Shown: positions 24,617-38,965, numbered from the stretch's first letter. The stretch: DNA of 64,000 bases from Eledone cirrhosa (GCA_964016885.1 OZ024745.1:97774001-97838000), one strand, 5' to 3'. Numbers and translations are program-made. The notes: a model not told the origin generated them from the letters alone.

Positions 24617-24867
24617 TTTTTAAAAAATGAAGTGTTTTGCAAAAATATTTTCGAAGATATTTTGAATGTTTTTGCCCTGAGGGCCACGATATTTTGGAGG
24701 ACTGACCAGATCAAAATTTGACCTGTCAGTCCCTCTACAAATTGGTATAAAAATAAAAGTTCACAGTGACGAATTTCTAAGGAAATTTAAACAAAACTTA
24801 CCGAGCAAGTTTAACACATGTGTCCATCCCAGAGATAGATAGATAGATAGATTGATAGATAGATATG

Positions 24868-25960
24868 TTTCTTTTATTTGCCACTAGGGCATCAAAAGTG
24901 GGACAAGTACAAAGGGGGGAGTTTACACAAAAAGGCGTCCTCAATAAGGAGGAGGCAATAACAAAATATAAAAATAAAATAAGATATAACAAAAAATAAA
25001 ATTTATAACAAAATCCTCAATAGAGAGGAGACGCCTTGGGGGGTCGCACACACCCCCGAAAAAAGTGTGCAACCCTTCTCCTCAGGAGCACAGGGAAGGG
25101 GTGCTCCCTTGGTCTTTCATCTTCCTCACCTATAGTCTGATGTAGAGTGAAGGCCCATTCACACGGGCCATTCTCGCCACTTTCACCCATCTTTCATAGA
25201 AACGGCTGGGGTGCAGCACCTCTCTCTCCATCCTGATCCTTCTTCCGAAATGATAACGGAAGAAACGGACCAGTTGTTGGCCAGAGAGAAAGGTGCCTGA
25301 CCTCAGTCCTTTCAGACGCGTCCACCATACAACCTCTTTCGCCATGGCTATTACGCACAGAAACACCGCCTCTGCTTCATCTTTGAAGGGGGGAGGCGGC
25401 TTGATCATTACAATAGACTCGGTGGTCAACCGGATCGGTCCCACCCTTGACAGCAGTTGTTCGACATAGCCCCACAGATCGGCTACGCCCGAGCAGTGTA
25501 CCAATGCGTGTGCAACGGTTTCCTCGTCGCACACGCATCTGGGACAGATCTTTTTGGCGGGGTCCCTACCCGGGCGCCCGTGTCTGTAGAGCCTTTCTCC
25601 AACGGGTAAAGCCCCTCGGTAGCACTGCCAGGTCAGGGACTTCTGGAAGTTGTCCATAGGTCCCGGGCTAAATGTCCTACCGAACAGGCTGGCCAGTTCG
25701 TCCTCCTCCATGTCTAGGGCTTCTCCGAGGGCGTCGTCGCACCTGCTGCGTACCAGCCCTCTATAGAATGTTGCGGTGGAGTCTCCACTGATAACCGGAT
25801 CCGCCTGCCAGAGGGCGGTGAGCGCCTGGGCACACTCAGTGTGCCAGGCGCCCAGTTTTCTCGGTCTTTGCTTGACCCAGGATTGCAGCTCGGTGAGTGA
25901 GACGAGTCTGGGAAAGGTTCGTCTCACAAACGAGGCCCACACCAGTTGTCCGGTGAGGAA
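24868..25960 (-). mobile_element. 5'-truncated Tx1-type LINE copy 2
   Basis: ORF 25130-25942 homologous to the C-terminus of 19229-20347; AATAAA end; (GATA)n on both sides. Confidence 0.92.
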
Positions 25961-26039
25961 TAGATAGATAGATTGGTTGATAGATAAATAGATAGATAAA
26001 TTGATAGATAGAGATAGATAGATAGATAGATAGATAGAA

Positions 26040-26710
26040 TTATTTCTTTATTTGCCACAAGGGCGCACAAGAAAAGGGGACAATACAAAGACACATGCCG
26101 GGGATTTTACATACATTCGTGTAAAAATATTGAAACAAACAATTATAACAATCGAAATCCCCAATAGGGGGGAAGCCCCACAAATGGGCTGTTTAATACC
26201 CCGTCGATAGAACACCCCTCAACTTCAGGAGCGTGTTGTGCAAGTGCTCCCTTCTTCCTTTTGCTCTCTTCTTTAACCTACAGGCTTATAAACAGAGAAA
26301 GCCCAATCACTCGGGCCATTTTCGCTTCATTCACCCACCTTTCAGTAAATTTACTGGGGTGCAGTGCCTCTCTCTCCACTCTGATTCTCCTTCTAAAGTG
26401 ATACTTAAAGAAGGGAATCAATTGTTGTCCGGAGAGAAAGGCATCTGTCCTCAGTCCTCTCAATCTCGTCCACCATATAACTTCTTTCACCATAGCCACT
26501 GTACAGAGGAAAACCGCCTCTCTTTCGTTTTTGAAAGAGGCTGGCAGTTTGATCCTTACTATGGACTCGGCAATCAACTGGATTTGTTCCATACGCGACA
26601 GCAGTTGTTCTGCGTAGTTCCACAGGTCGCTTACGCCAGGGTAGTGTACAATTGCGTGCAAGACGGTTTCAATGTCCTGCTCGCATCTTGGACACGTCTT
26701 CTTGAAATTG
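26040..26710 (-). mobile_element. 5'-truncated Tx1-type LINE copy 3
   Basis: ORF 26278-26661 homologous; same CCCT(T/A)GTGGCAAATAA terminus; GATAGATA at both junctions. Confidence 0.9.
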
Positions 26711-27015
26711 TTAGATAGATAACGTCGGAGCCAACTCGATTCCGAGCATTGATGTTTTTTCCTAGATTCAGCTAAACTTGTCCGCCATTTTGCCTATGAT
26801 GGTCGTGCAACATATATCAAAGGTTGTTCTATAACCTTTGGTATATGTCATACCAAAGGCTTTAGAACAGCCTTTATTATATGTTACACAAGAGTCTATG
26901 TGGAGGGCATGGCTGGACAGCCCCAGTGGAAGAAAAGGAAAAAAAAAATGTGAGTATGTGTAGAGAGAGAAAGGAGAAGATGAAGAAATCATAAAACTTT
27001 GCCATATTTATAGTC

Positions 27016-27230
27016 CATATGTAAACAGTTGTTCTATAGTACACTGGGGCTGACCAGCCATGCCCTCCACATAGACTCTTGTGTAACATATATCAAAGGT
27101 TGTTCTATAACCTTTGGTATATGTCATACCAAAGGCTTTAGAACAGCCTTTGATATATGTTACACAAGAGTCTATGTGGAGGGCATGGCTGGACAGCCCC
27201 AGTGTACTGTAGAACAACTGTTTACATATG
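27016..27230. repeat. 215-bp imperfect hairpin; partial direct duplicate at 26805-26928
   Basis: ~105-bp arms around loop ATGTC at ~27121-27125. Confidence 0.9.
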
Positions 27231-30200
27231 TTACAGTACAGTCTAAGTGTTTGGCATGGTTTGACAGTGCCAGTGTACTATGGAACGGCCGCTGCTATAT
27301 GTTACACTACAGTCTAAGTGTTTGGCATGGTTGGACAGTCCAGTGTACTATGGAACGGCCGCTGCTATATGTTACACTACAGTCTAAGTGTTTGGCATGG
27401 TTGGACAGTTCCAGTGTACTATGGAACGGCCGCTGCTATATGTTACACTACAGTCTAAGTGTTTGGCATGGTTGGACAGTCCAGTGTACTATGGAACGGC
27501 CGCTGCTATATGTTACACTACAGTCTAAGTGTTTGGCATGGTTGGACAGTCCAGTGTACTATGGAACGGCCGCTGCTATATGTTACAGTACAGTCTAAGT
27601 GTTTGGCATGGTTGGACAGTCCCAGTGTACTATGGAACGGCCGCTGCTATATGTTACAGTACAGTCTAAGTGTTTGGCATGGTTGGACAGTCCAGTGTAC
27701 TATGGAACAGCCGCTGCTATATGTTACAGTACAGTCTAAGTGTTTGGCATGGTTGGACAGTCCCAGTGTACTATGGAACGGCCGCTGCTATATGTTACAC
27801 TACAGTCTAAGTGTTTGGCATGGTTGGACAGTCCCAGTGTACTATGGAACGGCCGCTGCTATATGTTACAGTACAGTCTAAGTGTTTGGCATGGTTGGAC
27901 AGTCCCAGTGTACTATGGAACAGACGCTGCTATATGTTACAGTACAGTCTAAGTGTTTGGCATGGTTGGACAGTCCCAGTGTACTATGGAACGGCCGCTG
28001 CTATATGTTACACTACAGTCTAAGTGTTTGGCATGGTTGGACAGTCCCAGTGTACTATGGAACGGCCGCTGCTATATGTTACAGTACAGTCTAAGTGTTT
28101 GGCATGGTTGGACAGTCCCAGTGTACTATGGAACAGACGCTGCTATATGTTACAGTACAGTCTAAGTGTTTGGCATGGTTGGACAGTCCCAGTGTACTAT
28201 GGAACGGCCGCTGCTATATGTTACACTACAGTCTAAGTGTTTGGCATGGTTGGACAGTCCCAGTGTACTATGGAACGGCCGCTGCTATATGTTACAGTAC
28301 AGTCTAAGTGTTTGGCATGGTTGGACAGTCCCAGTGTACTATGGAACAACTGTTTACATATGTTACACTACAGTCTAAGTGTTTGGCATGGTTGGACAGT
28401 CCCAGTGTACTATGGAACAGCCGCTGTTATATGTTACACTACAGTCTAAGTGTTTGGCATGGTTGGACAGTCCCAGTGTACTATGGAACAACTGTTTACA
28501 TATGTTACACTACAGTCTAAGTGTTTGGCATGGTTGGACAGTCCCAGTGTACTATGGAACGGCCGCTGCTATATGTTACACTACAGTCTAAGTGTTTGGC
28601 ATGGTTGGACAATCCCAGTGTACTATGGAACGGCCGCTGCTATATGTTACACTACAGTCTAAGTGTTTGGCATGGTTGGACAGTCCCAGTGTACTATGGA
28701 ACGGCCGCTGCTATATGTTACACTACAGTCTAAGTGTTTGGCATGGTTGGACAGTCCCAGTGTACTATGGAACGGCCGCTGCTATATGTTACACTACAGT
28801 CTAAGTGTTTGGCATGGTTGGACAGTCCCAGTGTACTATGGAACGGCCGCTGCTATATGTTACAGTACAGTCTAAGTGTTTGGCATGGTTGGACAGTCCC
28901 AGTGTACTATGGAACAACTGTTTACATATGTTACACTACAGTCTAAGTGTTTGGCATGGTTGGACAGTCCAGTGTACTATGGAACAGCCGCTGCTATATG
29001 TTACACTACAGTCTAAGTGTTTGGCATGGTTGGACAGTCCCAGTGTACTATGGAACAGCCGCTGCTATATGTTACACTACAGTCTAAGTGTTTGGCATGG
29101 TTGGACAGTCCCAGTGTACTATGGAACAACTGTTTACATATGTTACACTACAGTCTAAGTGTTTGGCATGGTTGGACAGTCCCAGTGTACTATGGAACGG
29201 CCGCTGCTATATGTTACAGTACAGTCTAAGTGTTTGGCATGGTTGGACAGTCCCAGTGTATTATGGAACGGCCGCTGCTATATGTTACACTACAGTCTAA
29301 GTGTTTGGCATGGTTGGACAGTCCAGTGTACTATGGAACAGCCGCTGCTATATGTTACAGTACAGTCTAAGTGTTTGGCATGGTTGGACAGTCCCAGTGT
29401 ACTATGGAACGGCCGCTGCTATATGTTACAGTACAGTCTAAGTGTTTGGCATGGTTGGACAGTCCCAGTGTACTATGGAACGGCCGCTGCTATATGTTAC
29501 ACTACAGTCTAAGTGTTTGGCATGGTTGGACAGTCCAGTGTACTATGGAACGGCCGCTGCTATATGTTACAGTACAGTCTAAGTGTTTGGCATGGTTGGA
29601 CAGTCCCAGTGTACTATGGAACGGCCGCTGCTATATGTTACAGTACAGTCTAAGTGTTTGGCATGGTTGGACAGTCCAGTGTACTATGGAACAGCCGCTG
29701 CTATATGTTACAGTACAGTCTAAGTGTTTGGCATGGTTGGACAGTCCCAGTGTACTATGGAACGGCCGCTGCTATATGTTACACTACAGTCTAAGTGTTT
29801 GGCATGGTTGGACAGTCCCAGTGTACTATGGAACGGCCGCTGCTATATGTTACAGTACAGTCTAAGTGTTTGGCATGGTTGGACAGTCCCAGTGTACTAT
29901 GGAACAGACGCTGCTATATGTTACAGTACAGTCTAAGTGTTTGGCATGGTTGGACAGTCCCAGTGTACTATGGAACGGCCGCTGCTATATGTTACAGTAC
30001 AGTCTAAGTGTTTGGCATGGTTGGACAGTCCAGTGTACTATGGAACAGCCGCTGCTATATGTTACACTACAGTCTAAGTGTTTGGCATGGTTGGACAGTC
30101 CCAGTGTACTATGGAACGGCCGCTGCTATATGTTACACTACAGTCTAAGTGTTTGGCATGGTTGGACAGTCCAGTGTACTATGGAACAGCCGCTGCTATA

Positions 30201-33200
30201 TGTTACACTACAGTCTAAGTGTTTGGCATGGTTGGACAGTCCCAGTGTACTATGGAACGGCCGCTGCTATATGTTACACTACAGTCTAAGTGTTTGGCAT
30301 GGTTGGACAGTCCCAGTGTACTATGGAACAACTGTTTACATATGTTACACTACAGTCTAAGTGTTTGGCATGGTTGGACAGTCCAGTGTACTATGGAACA
30401 GCCGCTGCTATATGTTACACTACAGTCTAAGTGTTTGGGATGGTTGGACAGTCCCAGTGTACTATGGAACGGCCGCTGCTATATGTTACACTACAGTCTA
30501 AGTGTTTGGCATGGTTGGACAGTCCAGTGTACTATGGAACAGCCGCTGCTATATGTTACACTACAGTCTAAGTGTTTGGCATGGTTGGACAGTCCAGTGT
30601 ACTATGGAACAGCCGCTGCTATATGTTACACTACAGTCTAAGTGTTTGGCATGGTTGGACAGTCCCAGTGTACTATGGAACAGACGCTGCTATATGTTAC
30701 AGTACAGTCTAAGTGTTTGGCATGGTTGGACAGTCCCAGTGTACTATGGAACGGCCGCTGCTATATGTTACACTACAGTCTAAGTGTTTGGCATGGTTGG
30801 ACAGTCCCAGTGTACTATGGAACGGCCGCTGCTATATGTTACACTACAGTCTAAGTGTTTGGCATGGTTGGACAGTCCAGTGTACTATGGAACAGCCGCT
30901 GCTATATGTTACACTACAGTCTAAGTGTTTGGCATGGTTGGACAGTCCCAGTGTACTATGGAACGGCCGCTGCTATATGTTACACTACAGTCTAAGTGTT
31001 TGGCATGGTTGGACAGTCCAGTGTACTATGGAACAGCCGCTGCTATATGTTACACTACAGTCTAAGTGTTTGGCATGGTTGGACAGTCCAGTGTACTATG
31101 GAACAGCCGCTGCTATATGTTACACTACAGTCTAAGTGTTTGGCATGGTTGGACAGTCCAGTGTACAATGGAACAGCCGCTGCTATATGTTACACTACAG
31201 TCTAAGTGTTTGGCATGGTTGGACAGTCCAGTGTACTATGGAACAGCCGCTGCTATATGTTACACTACAGTCTAAGTGTTTGGCATGGTTAGACAGTCCA
31301 GTGTACTATGGAACAGCCGCTGCTATATGTTACACTACAGTCTAAGTGTTTGGCATGGTTGGACAGTCCAGTGTACTATGGAACAGCCGCTGCTATATGT
31401 TACACTACAGTCTAAGTGTTTGGCATGGTTGGACAGTCCAGTGTACTATGGAACAGCCGCTGCTATATGTTACACTACAGTCTAAGTGTTTGGCATGGTT
31501 GGACAGTCCAGTGTACTATGGAACAGCCGCTGCTATATGTTACACTACAGTCTAAGTGTTTGGCATGGTTGGACAGTCCAGTGTACTATGGAACAGCCGC
31601 TGCTATATGTTACACTACAGTCTAAGTGTTTGGCATGGTTGGACAGTCCAGTGTACTATGGAACAGCCGCTGCTATATGTTACACTACAGTCTAAGTGTT
31701 TGGCATGGTTGGACAGTCCAGTGTACTATGGAACAGCCGCTGCTATATGTTACACTACAGTCTAAGTGTTTGGCATGGTTGGACAGTCCCAGTGTACTAT
31801 GGAACAGCCGCTGCTATATGTTACACTACAGTCTAAGTGTTTGGCATGGTTGGACAGTCCAGTGTACTATGGAACAGCCGCTGCTATATGTTACACTACA
31901 GTCTAAGTGTTTGGCATGGTTGGACAGTCCCAGTGTACTATGGAACGGCCGCTGCTATATGTTACACTACAGTCTAAGTGTTTGGCATGGTTGGACAGTT
32001 CAGTGTACTATGGAACAGCCGCTGCTATATGTTACACTACAGTCTAAGTGTTTGGCATGGTTGGACAGTCCAGTGTACTATGGAACAGACGCTGCTATAT
32101 GTTACAGTACAGTCTAAGTGTTTGGCATGGTTGGACAGTCCCAGTGTACTATGGAACGGCCGCTGCTATATGTTACACTACAGTCTAAGTGTTTGGCATG
32201 GTTGGACAGTCCCAGTGTACTATGGAACGGCCGCTGCTATATGTTACACTACAGTCTAAGTGTTTGGCATGGTTGGACAGTCCCAGTGTACTATGGAACG
32301 GCCGCTGCTATATGTTACACTACAGTCTAAGTGTTTGGCATGGTTGGACAGTCCCAGTGTACTATGGAACGGCCGCGGCTATATGTTACAGTACAGTCTA
32401 AGTGTTTGGCATGGTTGGACAGTCCAGTGTACTATGGAACAACTGTTTACATATGTTACACTACAGTCTAAGTGTTTGGCATGGTTGGACAGTCCCAGTG
32501 TACTATGGAACGGCCGCTGCTATATGTTACACTACAGTCTAAGTGTTTGGCATGGTTGGACAGTCCAGTGTACTATGGAACAGCCGCTGCTATATGTTAC
32601 AGTACAGTCTAAGTGTTTGGCATGGTTGGACAGTACCAGTGTACTATGGAACGGCCGCTGCTATATGTTACACTACAGTCTAAGTGTTTGGCATGGTTGG
32701 ACAGTCCCAGTGTACTATGGAACGGCCGCTGCTATATGTTACGGTACAGTCTAAGTGTTTGGCATGGTTGGACAGTCCAGTGTACTATGGAACAGCCGCT
32801 GCTATATGTTACAGTACAGTCTAAGTGTTTGGCATGGTTGGACAGTCCCAGTGTACTATGGAACAGACGCTGCTATATGTTACACTACAGTCTAAGTGTT
32901 TGGCATGGTTGCACAGTCCCAGTGTACTATGGAACAGCCGCTGCTATATGTTACACTACAGTCTAAGTGTTTGGCATGGTTGGACAGTCCCAGTGTACTA
33001 TGGAACAACTGTTTACATATGTTACACTACAGTCTAAGTGTTTGGCATGGTTGGACAGTCCCAGTGTACTATGGAACGGCCGCTGCTATATGTTACACTA
33101 CAGTCTAAGTGTTTGGCATGGTTGGACAGTCCCAGTGTACTATGGAACGGCCGCTGCTATATGTTACACTACAGTCTAAGTGTTTGGCATGGTTGGACAG

Positions 33201-36200
33201 TCCCAGTGTACTATGGAACGGTCGCTGCTATATGTTACACTACAGTCTAAGTGTTTGGCATGGTTGGACAGTCCCAGTGTACTATGGAACGGCCGCTGCT
33301 ATATGTTACACTACAGTCTAAGTGTTTGGCATGGTTGGACAGTCCCAGTGTACTATGGAACGGCCGCTGCTATATGTTACAGTACAGTCTAAGTGTTTGG
33401 CATGGTTGGACAGTCCCAGTGTACTATGGAACAACTGTTTACATATGTTACACTACAGTCTAAGTGTTTGGCATGGTTGGACAGTCCAGTGTACTATGGA
33501 ACAGCCGCTGCTATATGTTACACTACAGTCTAAGTGTTTGGCATGGTTGGACAGTCCCAGTGTACTATGGAACAGCCGCTGCTATATGTTACACTACAGT
33601 CTAAGTGTTTGGCATGGTTGGACAGTCCCAGTGTACTATGGAACAACTGTTTACATATGTTACACTACAGTCTAAGTGTTTGGCATGGTTGGACAGTCCC
33701 AGTGTATTATGGAACGGCCGCTGCTATATGTTACACTACAGTCTAAGTGTTTGGCATGGTTGGACAGTCCAGTGTACTATGGAACAGCCGCTGCTATATG
33801 TTACAGTACAGTCTAAGTGTTTGGCATGGTTGGACAGTCCCAGTGTACTATGGAACGGCCGCTGCTATATGTTACAGTACAGTCTAAGTGTTTGGCATGG
33901 TTGGACAGTCCAGTGTACTATGGAACGGCCGCTGCTATATGTTACAGTACAGTCTAAGTGTTTGGCATGGCTGGACAGTCCCAGTGTACTATGGAACAGA
34001 CGCTGCTATATGTTACAGTACAGTCTAAGTGTTTGGCATGGTTGGACAGTCCCAGTGTACTATGGAACGGCCGCTGCTATATGTTACACTACAGTCTAAG
34101 TGTTTGGCATGGTTGGACAGTCCAGTGTACTATGGAACAGCCGCTGCTATATGTTACACTACAGTCTAAGTGTTTGGCATGGTTGGACAGTCCCAGTGTA
34201 CTATGGAACGGCCGCTGCTATATGTTACACTACAGTCTAAGTGTTTGGCATGGTTGGACAGTCCAGTGTACTATGGAACAGCCGCTGCTATATGTTACAC
34301 TACAGTCTAAGTGTTTGGCATGGTTGGACAGTCCAGTGTACTATGGAACAGCCGCTGCTATATGTTACACTACAGTCTAAGTGTTTGGCATGGTTGGACA
34401 GTCCCAGTGTACTATGGAACAGACGCTGCTATATGTTACAGTACAGTCTAAGTGTTTGGCATGGTTGGACAGTCCCAGTGTACTATGGAACGGCCGCTGC
34501 TATATGTTACACTACAGTCTAAGTGTTTGGCATGGTTGGACAGTCCCAGTGTACTATGGAACGGCCGCTGCTATATGTTACACTACAGTCTAAGTGTTTG
34601 GCATGGTTGGACAGTCCCAGTGTACTATGGAACGGCCGCTGCTATATGTTACAGTACAGTCTAAGTGTTTGGCATGGTTGGACAGTCCCAGTGTACTATG
34701 GAACGGCCGCTGCTATATGTTACAGTACAGTCTAAGTGTTTGGCATGGTTGGACAGTCCAGTGTACTATGGAACAGCCGCTGCTATATGTTACACTACAG
34801 TCTAAGTGTTTGGCATGGTTGGACAGTCCCAGTGTACTATGGAACGGCCGCTGCCATATGTTACACTACAGTCTAAGTGTTTGGCATGGTTGGACAGTCC
34901 AGTGTACTATGGAACAGCCGCTGCTATATGTTACACTACAGTCTAAGTGTTTGGCATGGTTGGACAGTCCAGTGTACTATGGAACAGCCGCTGCTATATG
35001 TTACACTACAGTCTAAGTGTTTGGCATGGTTGGACAGTCCAGTGTACTATGGAACAGCCGCTGCTATATGTTACACTACAGTCTAAGTGTTTGGCATGGT
35101 TGGACAGTCCAGTGTACTATGGAACAGCCGCTGCTATATGTTACACTACAGTCTAAGTGTTTGGCATGGTTGGACAGTCCAGTGTACTATGGAACAGCCG
35201 CTGCTATATGTTACACTACAGTCTAAGTGTTTGGCATGGTTGGACAGTCCAGTGTACTATGGAACAGCCGCTGCTATATGTTACACTACAGTCTAAGTGT
35301 TTGGCATGGTTGGACAGTCCAGTGTACTATGGAACAGCCGCTGCTATATGTTACACTACAGTCTAAGTGTTTGGCATGGTTGGACAGTCCAGTGTACTAT
35401 GGAACAGCCGCTGCTATATGTTACACTACAGTCTAAGTGTTTGGCATGGTTGGACAGTCCAGTGTACTATGGAACAGCCGCTGCTATATGTTACACTACA
35501 GTCTAAGTGTTTGGCATGGTTGGACAGTCCCAGTGTACTATGGAACAGCCGCTGCTATATGTTACACTACAGTCTAAGTGTTTGGCATGGTTGGACAGTC
35601 CAGTGTACTATGGAACAGCCGCTGCTATATGTTACACTACAGTCTAAGTGTTTGGCATGGTTGGACAGTCCCAGTGTACTATGGAACGGCCGCTGCTATA
35701 TGTTACACTACAGTCTAAGTGTTTGGCATGGTTGGACAGTCCAGTGTACTATGGAACAGCCGCTGCTATATGTTACACTACAGTCTAAGTGTTTGGCATG
35801 GTTGGACAGTCCAGTGTACTATGGAACAGACACTGCTATATGTTACAGTACAGTCTAAGTGTTTGGCATGGTTGGACAGTCCCAGTGTACTATGGAACAG
35901 CCGCTGCTATATGTTACACTACAGTCTAAGTGTTTGGCATGGTTGGACAGTCCCAGTGTACTATGGAACGGCCGCTGCTATATGTTACACTACAGTCTAA
36001 GTGTTTGGCATGGTTGGACAGTCCCAGTGTACTATGGAACGGCCGCTGCTATATGTTACACTACAGTCTAAGTGTTTGGCATGGTTGGACAGTCCCAGTG
36101 TACTATGGAGCGGCCGCTGCTATATGTTACAGTACAGTCTAAGTGTTTGGCATGGTTGGACAGTCCAGTGTACTATGGAACAACTGTTTACATATGTTAC

Positions 36201-38965
36201 ACTACAGTCTAAGTGTTTGGCATGGTTGGACAGTCCCAGTGTACTATGGAACAGCCGCTGCTATATGTTACACTACAGTCTAAGTGTTTGGCATGGTTGG
36301 ACAGTCCAGTGTACTATGGAACAGCCGCTGCTATATGTTACACTACAGTCTAAGTGTTTGGCATGGTTGGACAGTCCCAGTGTACTATGGAACGGCCGCT
36401 GCTATATGTTACACTACAGTCTAAGTGTTTGGCATGGTTGGACAGTCCAGTGTACTATGGAACAGCCGCTGCTATATGTTACACTACAGTCTAAGTGTTT
36501 GGCATGGTTGGACAGTCCAGTGTACTATGGAACAGACACTGCTATATGTTACAGTACAGTCTAAGTGTTTGGCATGGTTGGACAGTCCCAGTGTACTATG
36601 GAACAACTGTTTACATATGTTACACTACAGTCTAAGTGTTTGGCATGGTTGGACAGTCCCAGTGTACTATGGAACAGCCGCTGCTATATGTTACACTACA
36701 GTCTAAGTGTTTGGCATGGTTGGACAGTCCAGTGTACTATGGAACAGCCGCTGCTATATGTTACACTACAGTCTAAGTGTTTGGCATGGTTGGACAGTCC
36801 CAGTGTACTATGGAACGGCCGCTGCTATATGTTACACTACAGTCTAAGTGTTTGGCATGGTTGGACAGTCCAGTGTACTATGGAACAGCCGCTGCTATAT
36901 GTTACACTACAGTCTAAGTGTTTGGCATGGTTGGACAGTCCAGTGTACTATGGAACAGACACTGCTATATGTTACAGTACAGTCTAAGTGTTTGGCATGG
37001 CTGGACAGTCCCAGTGTACTATGGAACGGCCGCTGCTATATGTTACACTACAGTCTAAGTGTTTGGCATGGTTGGACAGTCCCAGTGTACTATGGAACGG
37101 CCGCTGCTATATGTTACACTACAGTCTAAGTGTTTGGCATGGTTGGACAGTCCCAGTGTACTATGGAGCGGCCGCTGCTATATGTTACAGTACAGTCTAA
37201 GTGTTTGGCATGGTTGGACAGTCCAGTGTACTATGGAACAACTGTTTACATATGTTACACTACAGTCTAAGTGTTTGGCATGGTTGGACAGTCCCAGTGT
37301 ACTATGGAACAGACGCTGCTATATGTTACACTACAGTCTAAGTGTTTGGCATGGTTGGACAGTCCCAGTGTACTATGGAACAGACGCTGCTATATGTTAC
37401 ACTACAGTCTAAGTGTTTGGCATGGTTGGACAGTCCCAGTGTACTATGGAACGGCCGCTGCTATATGTTACACTACAGTCTAAGTGTTTGGCATGGTTGG
37501 ACAGTCCAGTGTACTATGGAACAGACGCTGCTATATGTTACAGTACAGTCTAAGTGTTTGGCATGGTTGGACAGTCCCAGTGTACTATGGAACGGCCGCT
37601 GCTATATGTTACACTACAGTCTAAGTGTTTGGCATGGTTGGACAGTCCAGTGTACTATGGAACGGCCGCTGCTATATGTTACACTACAGTCTAAGTGTTT
37701 GGCATGGTTGGACAGTCCCAGTGTACTATGGAACGGCCGCTGCTATATGTTACAGTACAGTCTAAGTGTTTGGCATGGTTGGACAGTCCAGTGTACTATG
37801 GAACAGCCGCTGCTATATGTTACACTACAGTCTAAGTGTTTGGCATGGTTGGACAGTCCAGTGTACTATGGAACAGACGCTGCTATATGTTACAGTACAG
37901 TCTAAGTGTTTGGCATGGTTGGACAGTCCCAGTGTACTATGGAACGGCCGCTGCTATATGTTACACTACAGTCTAAGTGTTTGGCATGGTTGGACAGTCC
38001 CAGTGTACTATGGAACAACTGTTTACATATGTTACACTACAGTCTAAGTGTTTGGCATGGTTGGACAGCCCCAGTGTACTATGGAACGGCCGCTGCTATA
38101 TGTTACACTACAGTCTAAGTGTTTGGCATGGTTGGACAGTCCAGTGTACTATGGAACGGCCGCTGCTATATGTTACACTACAGTCTAAGTGTTTGGCATG
38201 GTTGGACAGTCCAGTGTACTATGGAACAGCCGCTGCTATATGTTACACTACAGTCTAAGTGTTTGGCATGGTTGGACAGTCCCAGTGTACTATGGAACGG
38301 CCGCTGCTATATGTTACACTACAGTCTAAGTGTTTGGCATGGTTGGACAGTCCCAGTGTACTATGGAACAGCCGCTGCTATATGTTACACTACAGTCTAA
38401 GTGTTTGGCATGGTTGGACAGTCCCAGTGTACTATGGAACAGCCGCTGCTATATGTTACACTACAGTCTAAGTGTTTGGCATGGTTGGACAGTCCCAGTG
38501 TACTATGGAACAGCCGCTGCTATATGTTACACTACAGTCTAAGTGTTTGGCATGGTTGGACAGTCCAGTGTACTATGGAACGGCCGCTGCTATATGTTAC
38601 ACTACAGTCTAAGTGTTTGGCATGGTTGGACAGTCCCAGTGTACTATGGAACGGCCGCTGCTATATGTTACACTACAGTCTAAGTGTTTGGCATGGTTGG
38701 ACAGTCCCAGTGTACTATGGAACAGCCGCTGCTATATGTTACACTACAGTCTAAGTGTTTGGCATGGTTGGACAGTCCCAGTGTACTATGGAACGGCCGC
38801 TGCTATATGTTACACTACAGTCTAAGTGTTTGGCATGGTTGGACAGTCCCAGTGTACTATGGAACAGCCGCTGCTATAGGTTACACTACAGTCTAAGTGT
38901 TTGGCATGGTTGGACAGTCCCAGTGTACTATGGAACAGCCGCTGCTATATGTTACAGTACAGTCA
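27200..38965. repeat. 70/71-bp tandem satellite, ~166 copies
   Basis: Unit CAGTCTAAGTGTTTGGCATGGTTGGACAGTCC(C)AGTGTACTATGGAAC(G/A)GCCGCTGCTATATGTTACA(C/G)TA. Confidence 0.98.

Larger units (their letters stand above)
19128..24829 (-). mobile_element. L1/Tx1-clade LINE, near full-length, disrupted; 3' terminus missing
   Basis: ORF1 with CCHC knuckle; ORF2 with APE (VRGLG, GDWN, YSDH), GYWKLN, KSPGLEGLPYEFY, YADD and C-terminal CPRC..ETV..HC. Confidence 0.92.

Noticed and set aside
27200-38965. CRISPR-like array, or tandem 70-aa genes
   Set aside because: No unique spacers and no cas genes; the ORFs are frame-cycling translations of a 70/71-bp unit
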